Part shown: piece after piece, positions 39,310 through 48,930 of the stretch | Layout of the letters: every line of letters begins with the position of its first letter | Numbering within the stretch: the first letter of the stretch is position 1 | Assembly: GCA_900553835.1 (NCBI GenBank) | Contig: USFF01000003.1 | Span: 4,183-68,182, forward strand | Direction: 5' to 3' | Source: an uncultured Mycoplasmatota bacterium | Lineage (GTDB): Bacteria > Bacillota_I > Bacilli_A > RF39 > UBA660 | Length of the DNA: 64,000 nucleotides | Program-made: the position numbers and the translations under genes | The notes under the pieces: generated by a model | Told to the model about the DNA's origin: nothing | Seen by the model: only the letters and a program-made list of their open reading frames with translations | Databases searched by the model: none

Positions 39310-40695
39310 ATGGATAAAGTAAAAGTGTGGAATGATTTTCTAAATGGCATTAGAGATAGAATTAGTGACATATCTTTCTCAACATGGTTTAAAGATTTGA
39401 AGTTGTTAACAATTAATGAAAAAGAAATTGTTATTATAGTTCCTTATTTAGTTCAAAAAAATCATATTATTAATAATTATATTGATATTGTTGAAGAAGT
39501 ATTTCTAAATGTAACAGGGTCACAACATACTATATTAATGTATTTAGAAAATGAATATAAAGAAGCTTTTAAGGAAGATGAGGAAGAGAATATTTCTTTA
39601 ACACCAGATTTAAGAGCTGATAAATTTGTTTCTAAAAGGAAAACAAACTTGAACCCTAAATATACTTTTGATAATTTTGTGGTAGGTGACTCGAATAGGT
39701 TTGCTTATAGTAGTTGTATGGCAGTTGCGGAAAATCCAGGTAAACTTTATAACCCATTATTTTTATATGGTAAAAGTGGACTTGGTAAAACTCACCTAAT
39801 GCACGCAATTGGGAATTATATTATTAAGAATAGCGATTTAAAGGTTCTTTATATAACTACTGATGAATTTATGAATGAGTTTATTAACATTACTAAAGAT
39901 AGTGGAAATAAGGAAGATAACTTAAATTATATTGATATTTTCAAGAATAAATATAGAGATGTGGATGTTTTAATGATTGATGATATTCAATTTTTAGGAA
40001 GTGCAACTGCTTCTCAACAAGAATTTACCAGTACTTTCAATAGTTTATATTATAGTCAAAAGCAAATAATAATATGTTCAGATAGAAGTGTTGAAGACTT
40101 AAAGATGTTTGCTGATAGATTAAAGACTAGGTTTAATTGGGGGTTAAGAGCGACTATTGATGTACCAAAGTTTGATTTAAAAGTTAGAATTATTAAAAAT
40201 AAGATAGCATCTGGAGATTATATTATGAATTTATCAGATGAGATCGTTGATTTTATTGCTTCTAATTGTGGAAGTGATGTTAGAAATTTAGAAGGCGCAA
40301 TTACTAGACTTTACGCATATTCTGCAATTATGAATATTAAAGAGCTAACACTAGAAAATGCTATGGAAGCACTAGATGAATATGCTAATGGAATGGGACA
40401 ATATACAGAGAATTCTATTAGTAAGATTATATCTATAGTTTCTGAATATTTTAAACTTACTAGTGATGATTTAAAGGGAAAGAAAAGAAGTAAGAATATT
40501 GCAAATGCAAGAATGATAGCCATGTATTTATGCCGAATTCTTACTGATGAAACTTATCCTCGGATAGGACTTGAGTTTGGAGGTAGAGATCATTCAACGG
40601 TTATACACGGATATGAGAAAATTAATGAGGATATGAAAACAAATGGTGAACTTGAAAAAATTATTAGTGAGCTTAAACAAAAAATGAGTGAATAG
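39310..40695 (+). CDS. dnaA: Chromosomal replication initiator protein DnaA
   Basis: Start reset to MDKVKVWNDFL (GGAGGTG SD). AAA+ Walker A GKSGLGKTHL and the C-terminal DnaA signature. Confidence 0.9.
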   Translation: MDKVKVWNDFLNGIRDRISDISFSTWFKDLKLLTINEKEIVIIVPYLVQKNHIINNYIDIVEEVFLNVTGSQHTILMYLENEYKEAFKEDEEENISLTPDLRADKFVSKRKTNLNPKYTFDNFVVGDSNRFAYSSCMAVAENPGKLYNPLFLYGKSGLGKTHLMHAIGNYIIKNSDLKVLYITTDEFMNEFINITKDSGNKEDNLNYIDIFKNKYRDVDVLMIDDIQFLGSATASQQEFTSTFNSLYYSQKQIIICSDRSVEDLKMFADRLKTRFNWGLRATIDVPKFDLKVRIIKNKIASGDYIMNLSDEIVDFIASNCGSDVRNLEGAITRLYAYSAIMNIKELTLENAMEALDEYANGMGQYTENSISKIISIVSEYFKLTSDDLKGKKRSKNIANARMIAMYLCRILTDETYPRIGLEFGGRDHSTVIHGYEKINEDMKTNGELEKIISELKQKMSE

Positions 40696-40823
40696 AATGT
40701 TAATATTTTAAAGTTATTAACACGTGTTTACACCTATAAAATAAGTGATTAAGTGAGATATACACATTATTCACTTTAATAATAAGATTATTAATTTAAA
40801 TAAAAAATAAAGGAGGAATTGAA
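40696..40823. other. dnaA-dnaN intergenic region; the AT-rich stretch is likely the DNA-unwinding-element part of a bipartite oriC
   Basis: Very AT-rich. Position analogous to the B. subtilis incC/DUE region. Confidence 0.35.
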
Positions 40824-41945
40824 ATGAAATTTAAAATTAATAAAGATGTATTATTAGAAAATTTAAATAATGTAGGGAGGGCTTTATCAAATAGAAATAT
40901 TATACCTGTAATAAATGGAATTTTATTTGAACTTACTGAGGAAGGATTATATTTAACTGCAACAGATAATGAAATTACTATTAAAACCTTTACACCTAAA
41001 AACCAAATTCATGAAATTTCTAAGGTAGGTAGAGTTGTTATTTATGGTAAATTTATTCTAGATATTATTAGGAAACTTCCTAATGAGTTAATTGAAATTG
41101 AGGAGATAGATGGATGTAAAGCAATTATTTCAACTAGTAGTAGTAAATATAATTTAAATTGCTTTAATGTTAATGAATTTCCTAATATTAAAATTGAAAC
41201 TTTAGAGAATCCTGTAAAGTTAACAGCTGGTAATTTTAAAGAAATTGTTAATCAAACTGTTTTTGCTACAAGTCAACAAGAAAGTAAACCACTTTTAACT
41301 GGTATAAATTTGAAGATTATAGGAAATAGTTTAGAGTGTGTTGCTACTGACTCTTATAGATTAGCTAAAAAAACAGTAAAGTTTAATGATTTTAGTAATA
41401 ATAGTATAAATTTAGTTATTCCTGCAAGGAATGTTAATGAATTTGTTAAACTAACAGGGGAAGATGATGAGACAATTGAACTTCATTATTTTAATAACAA
41501 GGTACTTTTTAAGTATAAAGATATATTATTTCAATCAAGTTTGTTAAATGGTACTTATCCAAATACTGATTCTTTAGTTCCTAATGATTTTGAATATGTT
41601 TATAAGGTTAATACAAATGAATTTTATAGTATTATGGATCGCGCTAGTATATTAGCTCAAGCTAAAGATAAAAATATTGTATCTTTAGAAGTGAATGGTA
41701 ATAAGTTAATTTTAACTTCTAGTAGTATTGAAATTGGTAAGATAGAAGAAGTTATGAACATTGAAGTTTTAAAAGGAAGCAATTTAAAAATTTCTTTTAG
41801 TGTTAAATATATGATGGAAGCTATTAAAAGTTTTGATAGTAAAGAAATTACTTTATATTTTAATGGCGAAATTAAACCAATTATTATAAAAGAAAATGAT
41901 AATGGAGATTTGTTACAACTAATTTTACCAATAAAAACTTATTAA
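40824..41945 (+). CDS. dnaN: DNA polymerase III beta sliding clamp
   Basis: 373 aa with a three-domain clamp architecture; AAAGGAGG SD. Confidence 0.9.
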   Translation: MKFKINKDVLLENLNNVGRALSNRNIIPVINGILFELTEEGLYLTATDNEITIKTFTPKNQIHEISKVGRVVIYGKFILDIIRKLPNELIEIEEIDGCKAIISTSSSKYNLNCFNVNEFPNIKIETLENPVKLTAGNFKEIVNQTVFATSQQESKPLLTGINLKIIGNSLECVATDSYRLAKKTVKFNDFSNNSINLVIPARNVNEFVKLTGEDDETIELHYFNNKVLFKYKDILFQSSLLNGTYPNTDSLVPNDFEYVYKVNTNEFYSIMDRASILAQAKDKNIVSLEVNGNKLILTSSSIEIGKIEEVMNIEVLKGSNLKISFSVKYMMEAIKSFDSKEITLYFNGEIKPIIIKENDNGDLLQLILPIKTY

Positions 41946-42008
41946 AAATATGGCTGAATTATTAAAATTTGGCTTTTTTTTTGGAAAAATTTAAATTTTT
42001 GGTATTTT

Positions 42009-42035
42009 TTCGTCATATTTCGACAAATTTCGACA
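42009..42035. promoter_or_regulatory. Three Spo0A-box-like heptamers phased at 10 bp (TTCGTCA at 42009, TTCGACA at 42019, TTCGACA at 42029; reverse complement of TGNCGAA) upstream of the comK-like gene
   Basis: Tandem 10-bp direct repeat ATTTCGACAA x2 plus a third box one helical turn upstream, 45-70 bp before the ATG at 42079. Confidence 0.5.
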
Positions 42036-42078
42036 ACTCACTTTGTTATTATATCGTCCCAAGAAAGGGGGTATATGG

Positions 42079-42531
42079 ATGTATAATATCAATGATGAGA
42101 CTTTAGCAGTTTTGCCTGTTAATAGAAATAACTGTGAAATACTTGAAAAAAATGCTAATTTAATTATTAAATGTTCATCTTTAAAAGTTATTGAATATAG
42201 TTGTGAGTATTTCGGTGTTCAATATAAAAATAGAGTTAATTGTACTTATAACTTCATAAGAACAAGATATAAGGCTCCAGTTGTAATTGAAGAACATAGT
42301 AGAATTATATTTTTTCCTCTTGTATCACCTAAAAATGAAAATAATCTTTGGATAAGTTATAATAATATTTTAGATTATTGTCCTAGTAAGTGGAAAAAAG
42401 AAACAAAAGTTAAATTTAAAAACGGTGTTTCTATTGATGTTCCAGTCTCATTTTATATTTTTAACTGTCAATATTCAAAAGCAGCAAGACTTTATTCTTC
42501 TTATGAGATAAGAACTTCAAAAAAATGGTAG
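42079..42531 (+). CDS. comK: ComK-family competence transcription factor homologue (150 aa)
   Basis: Start reset to MYNINDE (AAAGGGGG SD 7 nt upstream). Blocks recalled from B. subtilis ComK align: AVLP, SC.FFG..Y..R...TY, K.P......I.FFP..S......WIS, KF.NG....VP.S...FN.QY..A.L. Confidence 0.65.
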   Translation: MYNINDETLAVLPVNRNNCEILEKNANLIIKCSSLKVIEYSCEYFGVQYKNRVNCTYNFIRTRYKAPVVIEEHSRIIFFPLVSPKNENNLWISYNNILDYCPSKWKKETKVKFKNGVSIDVPVSFYIFNCQYSKAARLYSSYEIRTSKKW

Positions 42532-42633
42532 AAAATGCTTTTTATTAGGGGGTATTTGTGATATAATTGTAATAGGTATAGGAGTACTAGTATACCTATT
42601 ATTTTTAAATTTAGGGTTATAAGAGGTTTTAAA

Positions 42634-43731
42634 ATGCATATTGAGAGAATTGAACTGACAAATTTTAGAAATTATGAAAAACTTAAACTTAATAATCTAG
42701 GAAATATTAATATTATTATAGGGGATAATGGTATTGGAAAGACATCTATAATTGAAAGTATATATGTTGCCAGTACAGCGAGGACTTTTAAAAGTAATGA
42801 TGAAGCTGTAATGATAAGGAATAATGCTGATTATTTTAAAGTTAAACTTGAAGTAAGTGATCATGAAAAGATAAAAAAACTTGATTATGTTTTAACTTCA
42901 GATGGAAAGAAAACAAAAATTAATGGAAAACTTAAAAAGAAAATAAGTGATTATATTTTTCAGTTTAAGGTTATACTTTTTTCGCCAGATGAACTTAAGA
43001 TAATTAAAGAATCTCCTACAACTAGGAGAAACTATTTAAATGTCAGTTTGTCACAAGTTAATAAAACTTATATAAAACTTCTTAATAATTATAATATTTT
43101 AATAAAAAATAAAAACGAATATTTAAAAAAAATGTTTATTAATTCTAATATGGATACAATGTATTTGGATGTTCTTGACAAGAAAATAGCAGAACTTGGT
43201 TTAGAAATTTATAATATAAGAGAAGATTATGTTGAAAAAATAAACAAAAAAATTAAAAGAATATTTAAGAAATTTAAAAAAAATGATAGTGTTTTTATTG
43301 AATATGAAAGTCAATTTCAAAATAAATCTTTGAATGAAATATTAGCTATGTTTAAAAAAAATAGGAATTACGAAGAAACTATAGGTTTTACTAAAATAGG
43401 TGTTCATAAGGATGATTTAATTTTTTTACACAATGGAAAGAATGCTAAAGAATATAGTAGTCAAGGAATTCAAAAATTAATATTACTTTCTCTTAAAATG
43501 GCTGAGATGGAGGTTTTAGTTAATGATTATTATGAAAGTCCTGTACTTCTTTTAGACGATTTGTTTAGTGAACTTGATATTATTAATCAAAATAATATTA
43601 TAAACAGCTTAAGTAATGAAGTACAGGTTTTTATAACTACTACAGATATTAAAAATGTGAAACCTAATTTAATAAAAAAGGCAAACATTATAGATTTGAA
43701 TGGAGGTAAGGAAAATGAAAGACAATTATAA
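42634..43731 (+). CDS. recF: DNA replication and repair protein RecF
   Basis: Walker [10 protein letters not shown] and an SMC-like ABC architecture; canonical position before gyrB. Confidence 0.9.
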   Translation: MHIERIELTNFRNYEKLKLNNLGNINIIIGDNGIGKTSIIESIYVASTARTFKSNDEAVMIRNNADYFKVKLEVSDHEKIKKLDYVLTSDGKKTKINGKLKKKISDYIFQFKVILFSPDELKIIKESPTTRRNYLNVSLSQVNKTYIKLLNNYNILIKNKNEYLKKMFINSNMDTMYLDVLDKKIAELGLEIYNIREDYVEKINKKIKRIFKKFKKNDSVFIEYESQFQNKSLNEILAMFKKNRNYEETIGFTKIGVHKDDLIFLHNGKNAKEYSSQGIQKLILLSLKMAEMEVLVNDYYESPVLLLDDLFSELDIINQNNIINSLSNEVQVFITTTDIKNVKPNLIKKANIIDLNGGKENERQL

Positions 43732-45634
43732 TGAAAGCGATATTCAAGTATTAGAAGGACTTGAAGCGGTAAGAAAAAGACCTGGTATGTATATAGGTAC
43801 AACTGATGTTAAAGGGTTACATCATCTTGTATGGGAAATCGTTGATAACTCAATTGATGAAGCTTTAGCTGGATTTTGCAAAAATATTGAAATCATAATT
43901 AATAAGGATAATTCAATAACTGTAAAAGATGATGGACGTGGTATACCCGTTGGTAAACACCCTAAAACCGGAATTTCAACTGTTGAAACAGTTTATACAG
44001 TTTTACATGCTGGAGGTAAATTTGGTGGTGGCGGATACAAGGTAAGTGGAGGACTTCATGGTGTAGGTGCATCAGTAGTTAATGCTTTATCTAGTTCAGT
44101 TACTGTTAGAGTATATAAAGATTCAAAAATATATGAATGTAAATTTGTGAATGGTGGAAAAACTTTACAACCTTTAACTGTTATCGGAGATTGTGAGGCA
44201 AATAGAACTGGTACTACAGTTACTTTTAAACCGGATGCTGAAATATTTGATACTGAAATATACGATTATGAAACGTTAAAGGTAAGAGTTAGAGAACTTG
44301 CATTTTTGAATAAAGGACTTCAACTTACTTTGAGAGATGATAGAGATGAAGAGGATACACAAGGTGAAAAATTTTTATATGAAGGTGGTATTAGCGAGTA
44401 TGTAAAATTTTTAAATCAAAATAAGACACCTATTCATGACAATATTATTCATTTAGAGGGTTCACAAGATGATGTATTTTTTGAAGTTGCAATGCAATAT
44501 AATACAAGTTATTCTGATAATATATATTCATTCGTTAATAACATTAATACTCATGATGGTGGAACTCATGAAGAAGGAGTTAGAAGAGCATTAACTAGAT
44601 TAATTAATAATTATGCTAGAAAGACAAAGATGCTTAAGGAAAAGGATGAAAGTTTAACAGGCGATGACGTTAAGGAAGGTTTAACTATGATCATATCGTG
44701 TAAACATCCTAATCCTCAATTTGAAGGTCAAACTAAAGGTAGACTTGGTAACTCGGAAGTAAGGAAGATAGCTGATAATGTGTTTGCTGAAGGATTTGAT
44801 AGATTTTTAATGGAAAATCCAAATGAGGCTAAAATAATAGTCGAAAAAGCTATGCTTGCAAGTCGTGCTAGAAGTGCTGCTAAAAAAGCAAGAGAAGCTA
44901 CAAGAAAAAATGATTTAACTATTACAAATTTCTTTGGAAAATTAACTGATTGTAAGAGTAAAGATCCAACTGAAAGTGAATTATTTATAGTCGAAGGAGA
45001 CAGTGCCGGTGGAAGTGCTAAAAAAGGAAGAGATTCTATGACACAAGCTATTCTTCCTTTAAGAGGTAAAATTCTTAACGTTGAAAAAACTAGACTTGAT
45101 AAGGCTCTTGGAAATGAAGAAATAAAAACTATTATTACAGCTTTTGGTACTGGAATTGGACAAGACTTTGATTTGGAAAAGTTAAGATATCATAAAATTA
45201 TTATAATGACCGATGCCGATGTTGATGGTTCACATATTAGAATTTTGTTATTAACATTGTTTTATAGATATTTTAAACCTATTTTGGAGCAAGGCCACGT
45301 TTATGCTGCTCAGCCACCTTTATTTAGGGTAATGCATGGTAAGACTAGAAAATATTGCTTAGATGAGGCTGAAAAAGACAGATATTTAGCTTCTTTACCA
45401 GAGAATGTAAGAAATCGTGCAGAAATAGCTAGAATGAAAGGTCTTGGTGAGATGGATGCTGAAGAGTTAAATGAAACTACAATGGATATAAATAAGAGAA
45501 TTTTAAGAAAGATAAGTGTAGATGATGCAATTTTAGCAGATCAAGTATTTACTAAATTAATGGGTGAGGAAGTTGAACCTAGACGTAAATTCATTGAGGA
45601 TAATGCTGGATTTGTACAAAATCTTGATATATAG
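43715..45634 (+). CDS. gyrB: DNA gyrase subunit B
   Basis: Start reset to [28 protein letters not shown] (GGAGGT SD). GHKL ATPase, TOPRIM (EGDSAGG) and PLRGKILN. Confidence 0.95.
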   Translation: MKDNYNESDIQVLEGLEAVRKRPGMYIGTTDVKGLHHLVWEIVDNSIDEALAGFCKNIEIIINKDNSITVKDDGRGIPVGKHPKTGISTVETVYTVLHAGGKFGGGGYKVSGGLHGVGASVVNALSSSVTVRVYKDSKIYECKFVNGGKTLQPLTVIGDCEANRTGTTVTFKPDAEIFDTEIYDYETLKVRVRELAFLNKGLQLTLRDDRDEEDTQGEKFLYEGGISEYVKFLNQNKTPIHDNIIHLEGSQDDVFFEVAMQYNTSYSDNIYSFVNNINTHDGGTHEEGVRRALTRLINNYARKTKMLKEKDESLTGDDVKEGLTMIISCKHPNPQFEGQTKGRLGNSEVRKIADNVFAEGFDRFLMENPNEAKIIVEKAMLASRARSAAKKAREATRKNDLTITNFFGKLTDCKSKDPTESELFIVEGDSAGGSAKKGRDSMTQAILPLRGKILNVEKTRLDKALGNEEIKTIITAFGTGIGQDFDLEKLRYHKIIIMTDADVDGSHIRILLLTLFYRYFKPILEQGHVYAAQPPLFRVMHGKTRKYCLDEAEKDRYLASLPENVRNRAEIARMKGLGEMDAEELNETTMDINKRILRKISVDDAILADQVFTKLMGEEVEPRRKFIEDNAGFVQNLDI

Positions 45635-45646
45635 GAGGGTTTATAA

Positions 45647-48226
45647 ATGAATGATGATTTAGATAAACTACTTGAGAGAGCAAATGAGCTTGAAAATGAA
45701 GAAAAAGTACCTACTTTGTCTTCTGATAACTTAAATCAAGTACTTAATGATAATAAAGAAGAAAGTTCAACTTACTTTGGTGGAGAATTTCATGAAAGAG
45801 ATAAGCTTTCTGTAAATAATATTGTAGATGAAGTGGAGACATCATTTTTGGATTATTCTATGAGTGTTATAAAAGCGCGTGCTTTGCCTGATTTAAGAGA
45901 TGGTCTTAAGCCAGTTCACAGAAGAATATTATGGAGTATGTTTGAAAGCGGTTATACACCTGATAAGCCACATAAGAAGTGCGCTACTACGGTTGGTTAT
46001 GTAATAGGACATTATCATCCACATGGAGATACTTCGGTTTATGATGCAATGGTAAGACTTGCACAGGACTTTAACCAAAGATATACTTTAGTTGATGGCC
46101 ATGGAAATTTTGGTAATATTGAAGGCGATAGTGCAGCGGCATATCGTTATACTGAATCTAGACTTTCTAAAATTAGTTTAGAGTTACTTCGTGATATTAA
46201 TAAGAATACAGTTGATATGGAAGATAACTTTGATGTTACTAAAAAGGAACCAAAAGTTTTACCTTCAAGATACCCTAATATTTTAGTTAATGGTTCTATG
46301 GGGATCGCTGTTGGTATGGCAACAAATATTCCACCACATAATTTGGGTGAAGTGATAGATGGTTGTATTGCTTATATAGATAATCCAGAAATTGATACTT
46401 TAGGTTTAATGCAATATGTTAAAGGTCCTGATTTTCCTACTGGCGGTGTTATTTTAGGTAATTCTGGAATAAAACAAGCTTATGAAACTGGGCGTGGAAG
46501 TATTACTATTAGAAGTAGAGCAACTATTGAAGAAGTAAAGGGACATCCAACTATAATTATTACTGAAGTTCCATATGGCGTTAATACAATGGAGTTAAAA
46601 AATAAAGTAGCAGAGCTTGTTCACAATAAAATTATAGAAGGAATTACTGATTATCATACTGATCTGAAGAATGGTGTTAAAATTACTATTACATTAAAAA
46701 AAGATGCAAATGCGCAAGTTATTTTAAATAACTTATATAAGCACACACAATTTCAAATTAACTATAGTATTATTTTCTTGGTGCTTGATGGGCTTACTCC
46801 TAAGACTTTGCCTTTAAAAAGTATAATTAGTAAGTATATTGATCATCAGAAAGAAGTAATCTATAGAAGAACTAAATTTGACCTTGCTAAAAGTGAAAAT
46901 AGGGTACATATTTTAGAGGGTTATAAAATAGCATTAGATAATATTGACGAGGTAGTTAGCATTATTAGAAATGCAGCGGATGACGATGAAGCCAGAAATA
47001 AACTTATTAATAGATTTGGATTGACTGTTATACAAGCTGATAGTATATTAGAGTTAAAATTAAAACGTTTAACAGGTCTAGAGAGAAATAAGATTGAAGA
47101 AGAGTTATCAACATTATTAAAACTTATTGATGAATTAAGAGCAATTTTAGCTGATGAAAAATTAGTTCTAGATATAATAAAAAGAGAAATGGCTGACATT
47201 AAAAACAAATATTCAGATGATAGAAGAACAACAATCGATATGACTGCTATTGATTATATAGAAGATGAATCATTGATACCAGAAGAAGATATAATTGTAA
47301 CCATAAGCAACAAGAATTATATTAAACGCATGACAACTGATAATTATAGGACTCAAAGTAGAGGTGGAGTAGGAATTAAAGGTATGACAACTAATGAGGA
47401 AGATTTTGCTAATCAGATGGTTAATTTATCAACACACGATTATTTACTTTTCTTCACTAATAAAGGTAAAGTTTATAGATTAAAGGGTTATGAGATACCT
47501 GAATATTCTCGTACTTCTAAAGGTTTACCAATTATTAACTTAATTCAAATAGAAAAGGATGAAACAGTAAGTGCAGTTGTTAAAGTAGAAAAAGGAAACG
47601 CATATAAATACTTCGTGTTTGGTACAAAAAATGGTACAGTCAAGAGGACTTTAATATCTGATTTTGATAATATACGTCAAAAAGGTAAGATAGCTATTAC
47701 TTTAAGAGAAGATGATGAGCTTAACTCAGTTAAAAAGTCTACTGGAGAAGATTATATAATTATGTGCTCTTCTAATGGTAGAATGGTTAGATATAATGAA
47801 AATGAAATTCGTGTTATGGGAAGGACAGCTGCAGGTGTTAGAGGAATTAATTTAGGTAATGATATATGTGTTGGAACTGAAGTTATCAACAGTAATCAAG
47901 AAATTTTAGTGGTTACAGAAAAAGGTTATGGCAAAAAGACAGCAGTTTCAGAATATAGAGAAACTAAGAGAGGTAGTAAAGGTGTAAGAACTATAAACAT
48001 TACTGAAAAGAATGGTAAAATAGTAGGATTTAAAGCTGTATATAATGATACTGATCTGATGATTATAACTAATTTGGGTATTATTATAAGACTAGATATG
48101 GCATCTATTTCTACAATGGGAAGAGTTACCCAAGGTGTTAAATTAATTAATCTTAAAGAAAATAATATTGTGGCTTCGATATCTGTAGTTAATAAATCTG
48201 AAGAAGAAACTACTGATGAAGAATAG
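45647..48226 (+). CDS. gyrA: DNA gyrase subunit A
   Basis: Active-site region AAYRYTE, QRD-region motifs, C-terminal beta-pinwheel repeats; 859 aa. Confidence 0.95.
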   Translation: MNDDLDKLLERANELENEEKVPTLSSDNLNQVLNDNKEESSTYFGGEFHERDKLSVNNIVDEVETSFLDYSMSVIKARALPDLRDGLKPVHRRILWSMFESGYTPDKPHKKCATTVGYVIGHYHPHGDTSVYDAMVRLAQDFNQRYTLVDGHGNFGNIEGDSAAAYRYTESRLSKISLELLRDINKNTVDMEDNFDVTKKEPKVLPSRYPNILVNGSMGIAVGMATNIPPHNLGEVIDGCIAYIDNPEIDTLGLMQYVKGPDFPTGGVILGNSGIKQAYETGRGSITIRSRATIEEVKGHPTIIITEVPYGVNTMELKNKVAELVHNKIIEGITDYHTDLKNGVKITITLKKDANAQVILNNLYKHTQFQINYSIIFLVLDGLTPKTLPLKSIISKYIDHQKEVIYRRTKFDLAKSENRVHILEGYKIALDNIDEVVSIIRNAADDDEARNKLINRFGLTVIQADSILELKLKRLTGLERNKIEEELSTLLKLIDELRAILADEKLVLDIIKREMADIKNKYSDDRRTTIDMTAIDYIEDESLIPEEDIIVTISNKNYIKRMTTDNYRTQSRGGVGIKGMTTNEEDFANQMVNLSTHDYLLFFTNKGKVYRLKGYEIPEYSRTSKGLPIINLIQIEKDETVSAVVKVEKGNAYKYFVFGTKNGTVKRTLISDFDNIRQKGKIAITLREDDELNSVKKSTGEDYIIMCSSNGRMVRYNENEIRVMGRTAAGVRGINLGNDICVGTEVINSNQEILVVTEKGYGKKTAVSEYRETKRGSKGVRTINITEKNGKIVGFKAVYNDTDLMIITNLGIIIRLDMASISTMGRVTQGVKLINLKENNIVASISVVNKSEEETTDEE

Positions 48227-48229
48227 CAA

Positions 48230-48781
48230 TGTTCCACGTGGAACATTTGGAGATTATATGATAATCTCCTTTTTTTATATATTTTTTGTTAAAGACTAAA
48301 TTTATTTTGAAATTTTGTGTGTTAAGTTTATTGTTTTTTTATAAAATGTTTAAATGCAACAATTTAACAATGTTCCACGTGGAACATTGTTAAAAATCAA
48401 AATAAAACTTCGAATTAAAATATGTTAATTTTTTTTGCTGATTTTGGTTAACATATAAATAATTTTTATCGTTTTTAAAGTTAAGCATTATAGAATGTTT
48501 CACGTGAAACATTCTATTTAAACATTTTAATGTTAAATTTTATATTAAAATGTTCTCTTATTTTTTTAATAGTTCAATTTAATGTTCCACGTGGAACATT
48601 AAATAATTACTATTATTTATAAAATTGTTTTTTTTTATAATTTTTATAGTTATTAACTTTCATGTATTAAAATCTGCTATGATTGTCACTTAATAATTAT
48701 AATTATAAGCATTTATTTCTGAAATAGTATAATTTTAAGTTATTAACATTTTTTTGCAAAACTTATGTTCCACGTGAAACA
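48230..48781. repeat. Array of five parS (ParB/Spo0J centromere) palindromes in the non-coding region downstream of gyrA. Cores at 48230-48245, 48371-48386, 48496-48511, 48583-48598 and 48766-48781.
   Basis: Copies 1, 2 and 4 read TGTTCCACGTGGAACA, copy 3 reads TGTTTCACGTGAAACA, copy 5 reads TGTTCCACGTGAAACA. All match the parS consensus TGTTNCACGTGAAACA. The flanks extend to perfect palindromes of 20-30 bp (for example 48364-48393, 30 bp). Confidence 0.75.
48249..48276 (+). terminator. Rho-independent terminator of gyrA (GGAGATTAT-ATG-ATAATCTCC followed by T7)
   Basis: Perfect 9-bp stem, 3-nt loop, U-tract; 23 nt after the gyrA stop. Confidence 0.65.
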
Positions 48782-48841
48782 TTAGATAGATTTTAAACTA
48801 TAAAAATTGATTGTAAGTTGTTTATTTGATATAATCTAGTT

Positions 48842-48919
48842 GTGCAACAAATGGCATAGAAACAGGTCAGGACTGGAAAGTAGCAGCTTTAATATTAACC
48901 ATTTGTGTGCACTTTTTTT
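48842..48919 (+). ncRNA. ffs: Small signal-recognition-particle RNA (4.5S/scRNA-type, about 75 nt) with its own TTGATT-N17-TATAAT promoter at 48807-48835
   Basis: A single long hairpin. The 5' GUGCAACAAAUGG pairs with the 3' CCAUUUGUGUGCAC. The apical CAGGUCAGGACUGGAAAGUAGCAGC matches SRP RNA domain IV (E. coli CAGGUCAGGUCCGGAAGGAAGCAGC), with a compensatory ACU/AGU helix closing the GGAA tetraloop. A U7 tail follows. Confidence 0.55.
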
Positions 48920-48930
48920 AAGGAGATAAC

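Noticed and set aside
40725-40745. CACGTG-containing sequence TTAACACGTGTTTACA in the dnaA-dnaN spacer as a sixth parS
   Set aside because: The half-sites are ACACGTGT, not TCACGTGA. It does not fit the parS consensus.
48600-48760. Searched the gyrA-tadA gap for tRNA or rRNA genes, which often follow gyrA in Firmicutes
   Set aside because: No GC-rich acceptor or anticodon stems and no 16S-like sequence. The region is AT-rich spacer between parS copies 4 and 5.
48228-48782. Considered whether the repeated palindromes form a CRISPR array or REP-like mobile repeats
   Set aside because: The repeats are palindromic and not identical, spacing is irregular (87-183 bp), and there are no cas genes. 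The sequence matches the parS consensus exactly, so a centromere is the better explanation.
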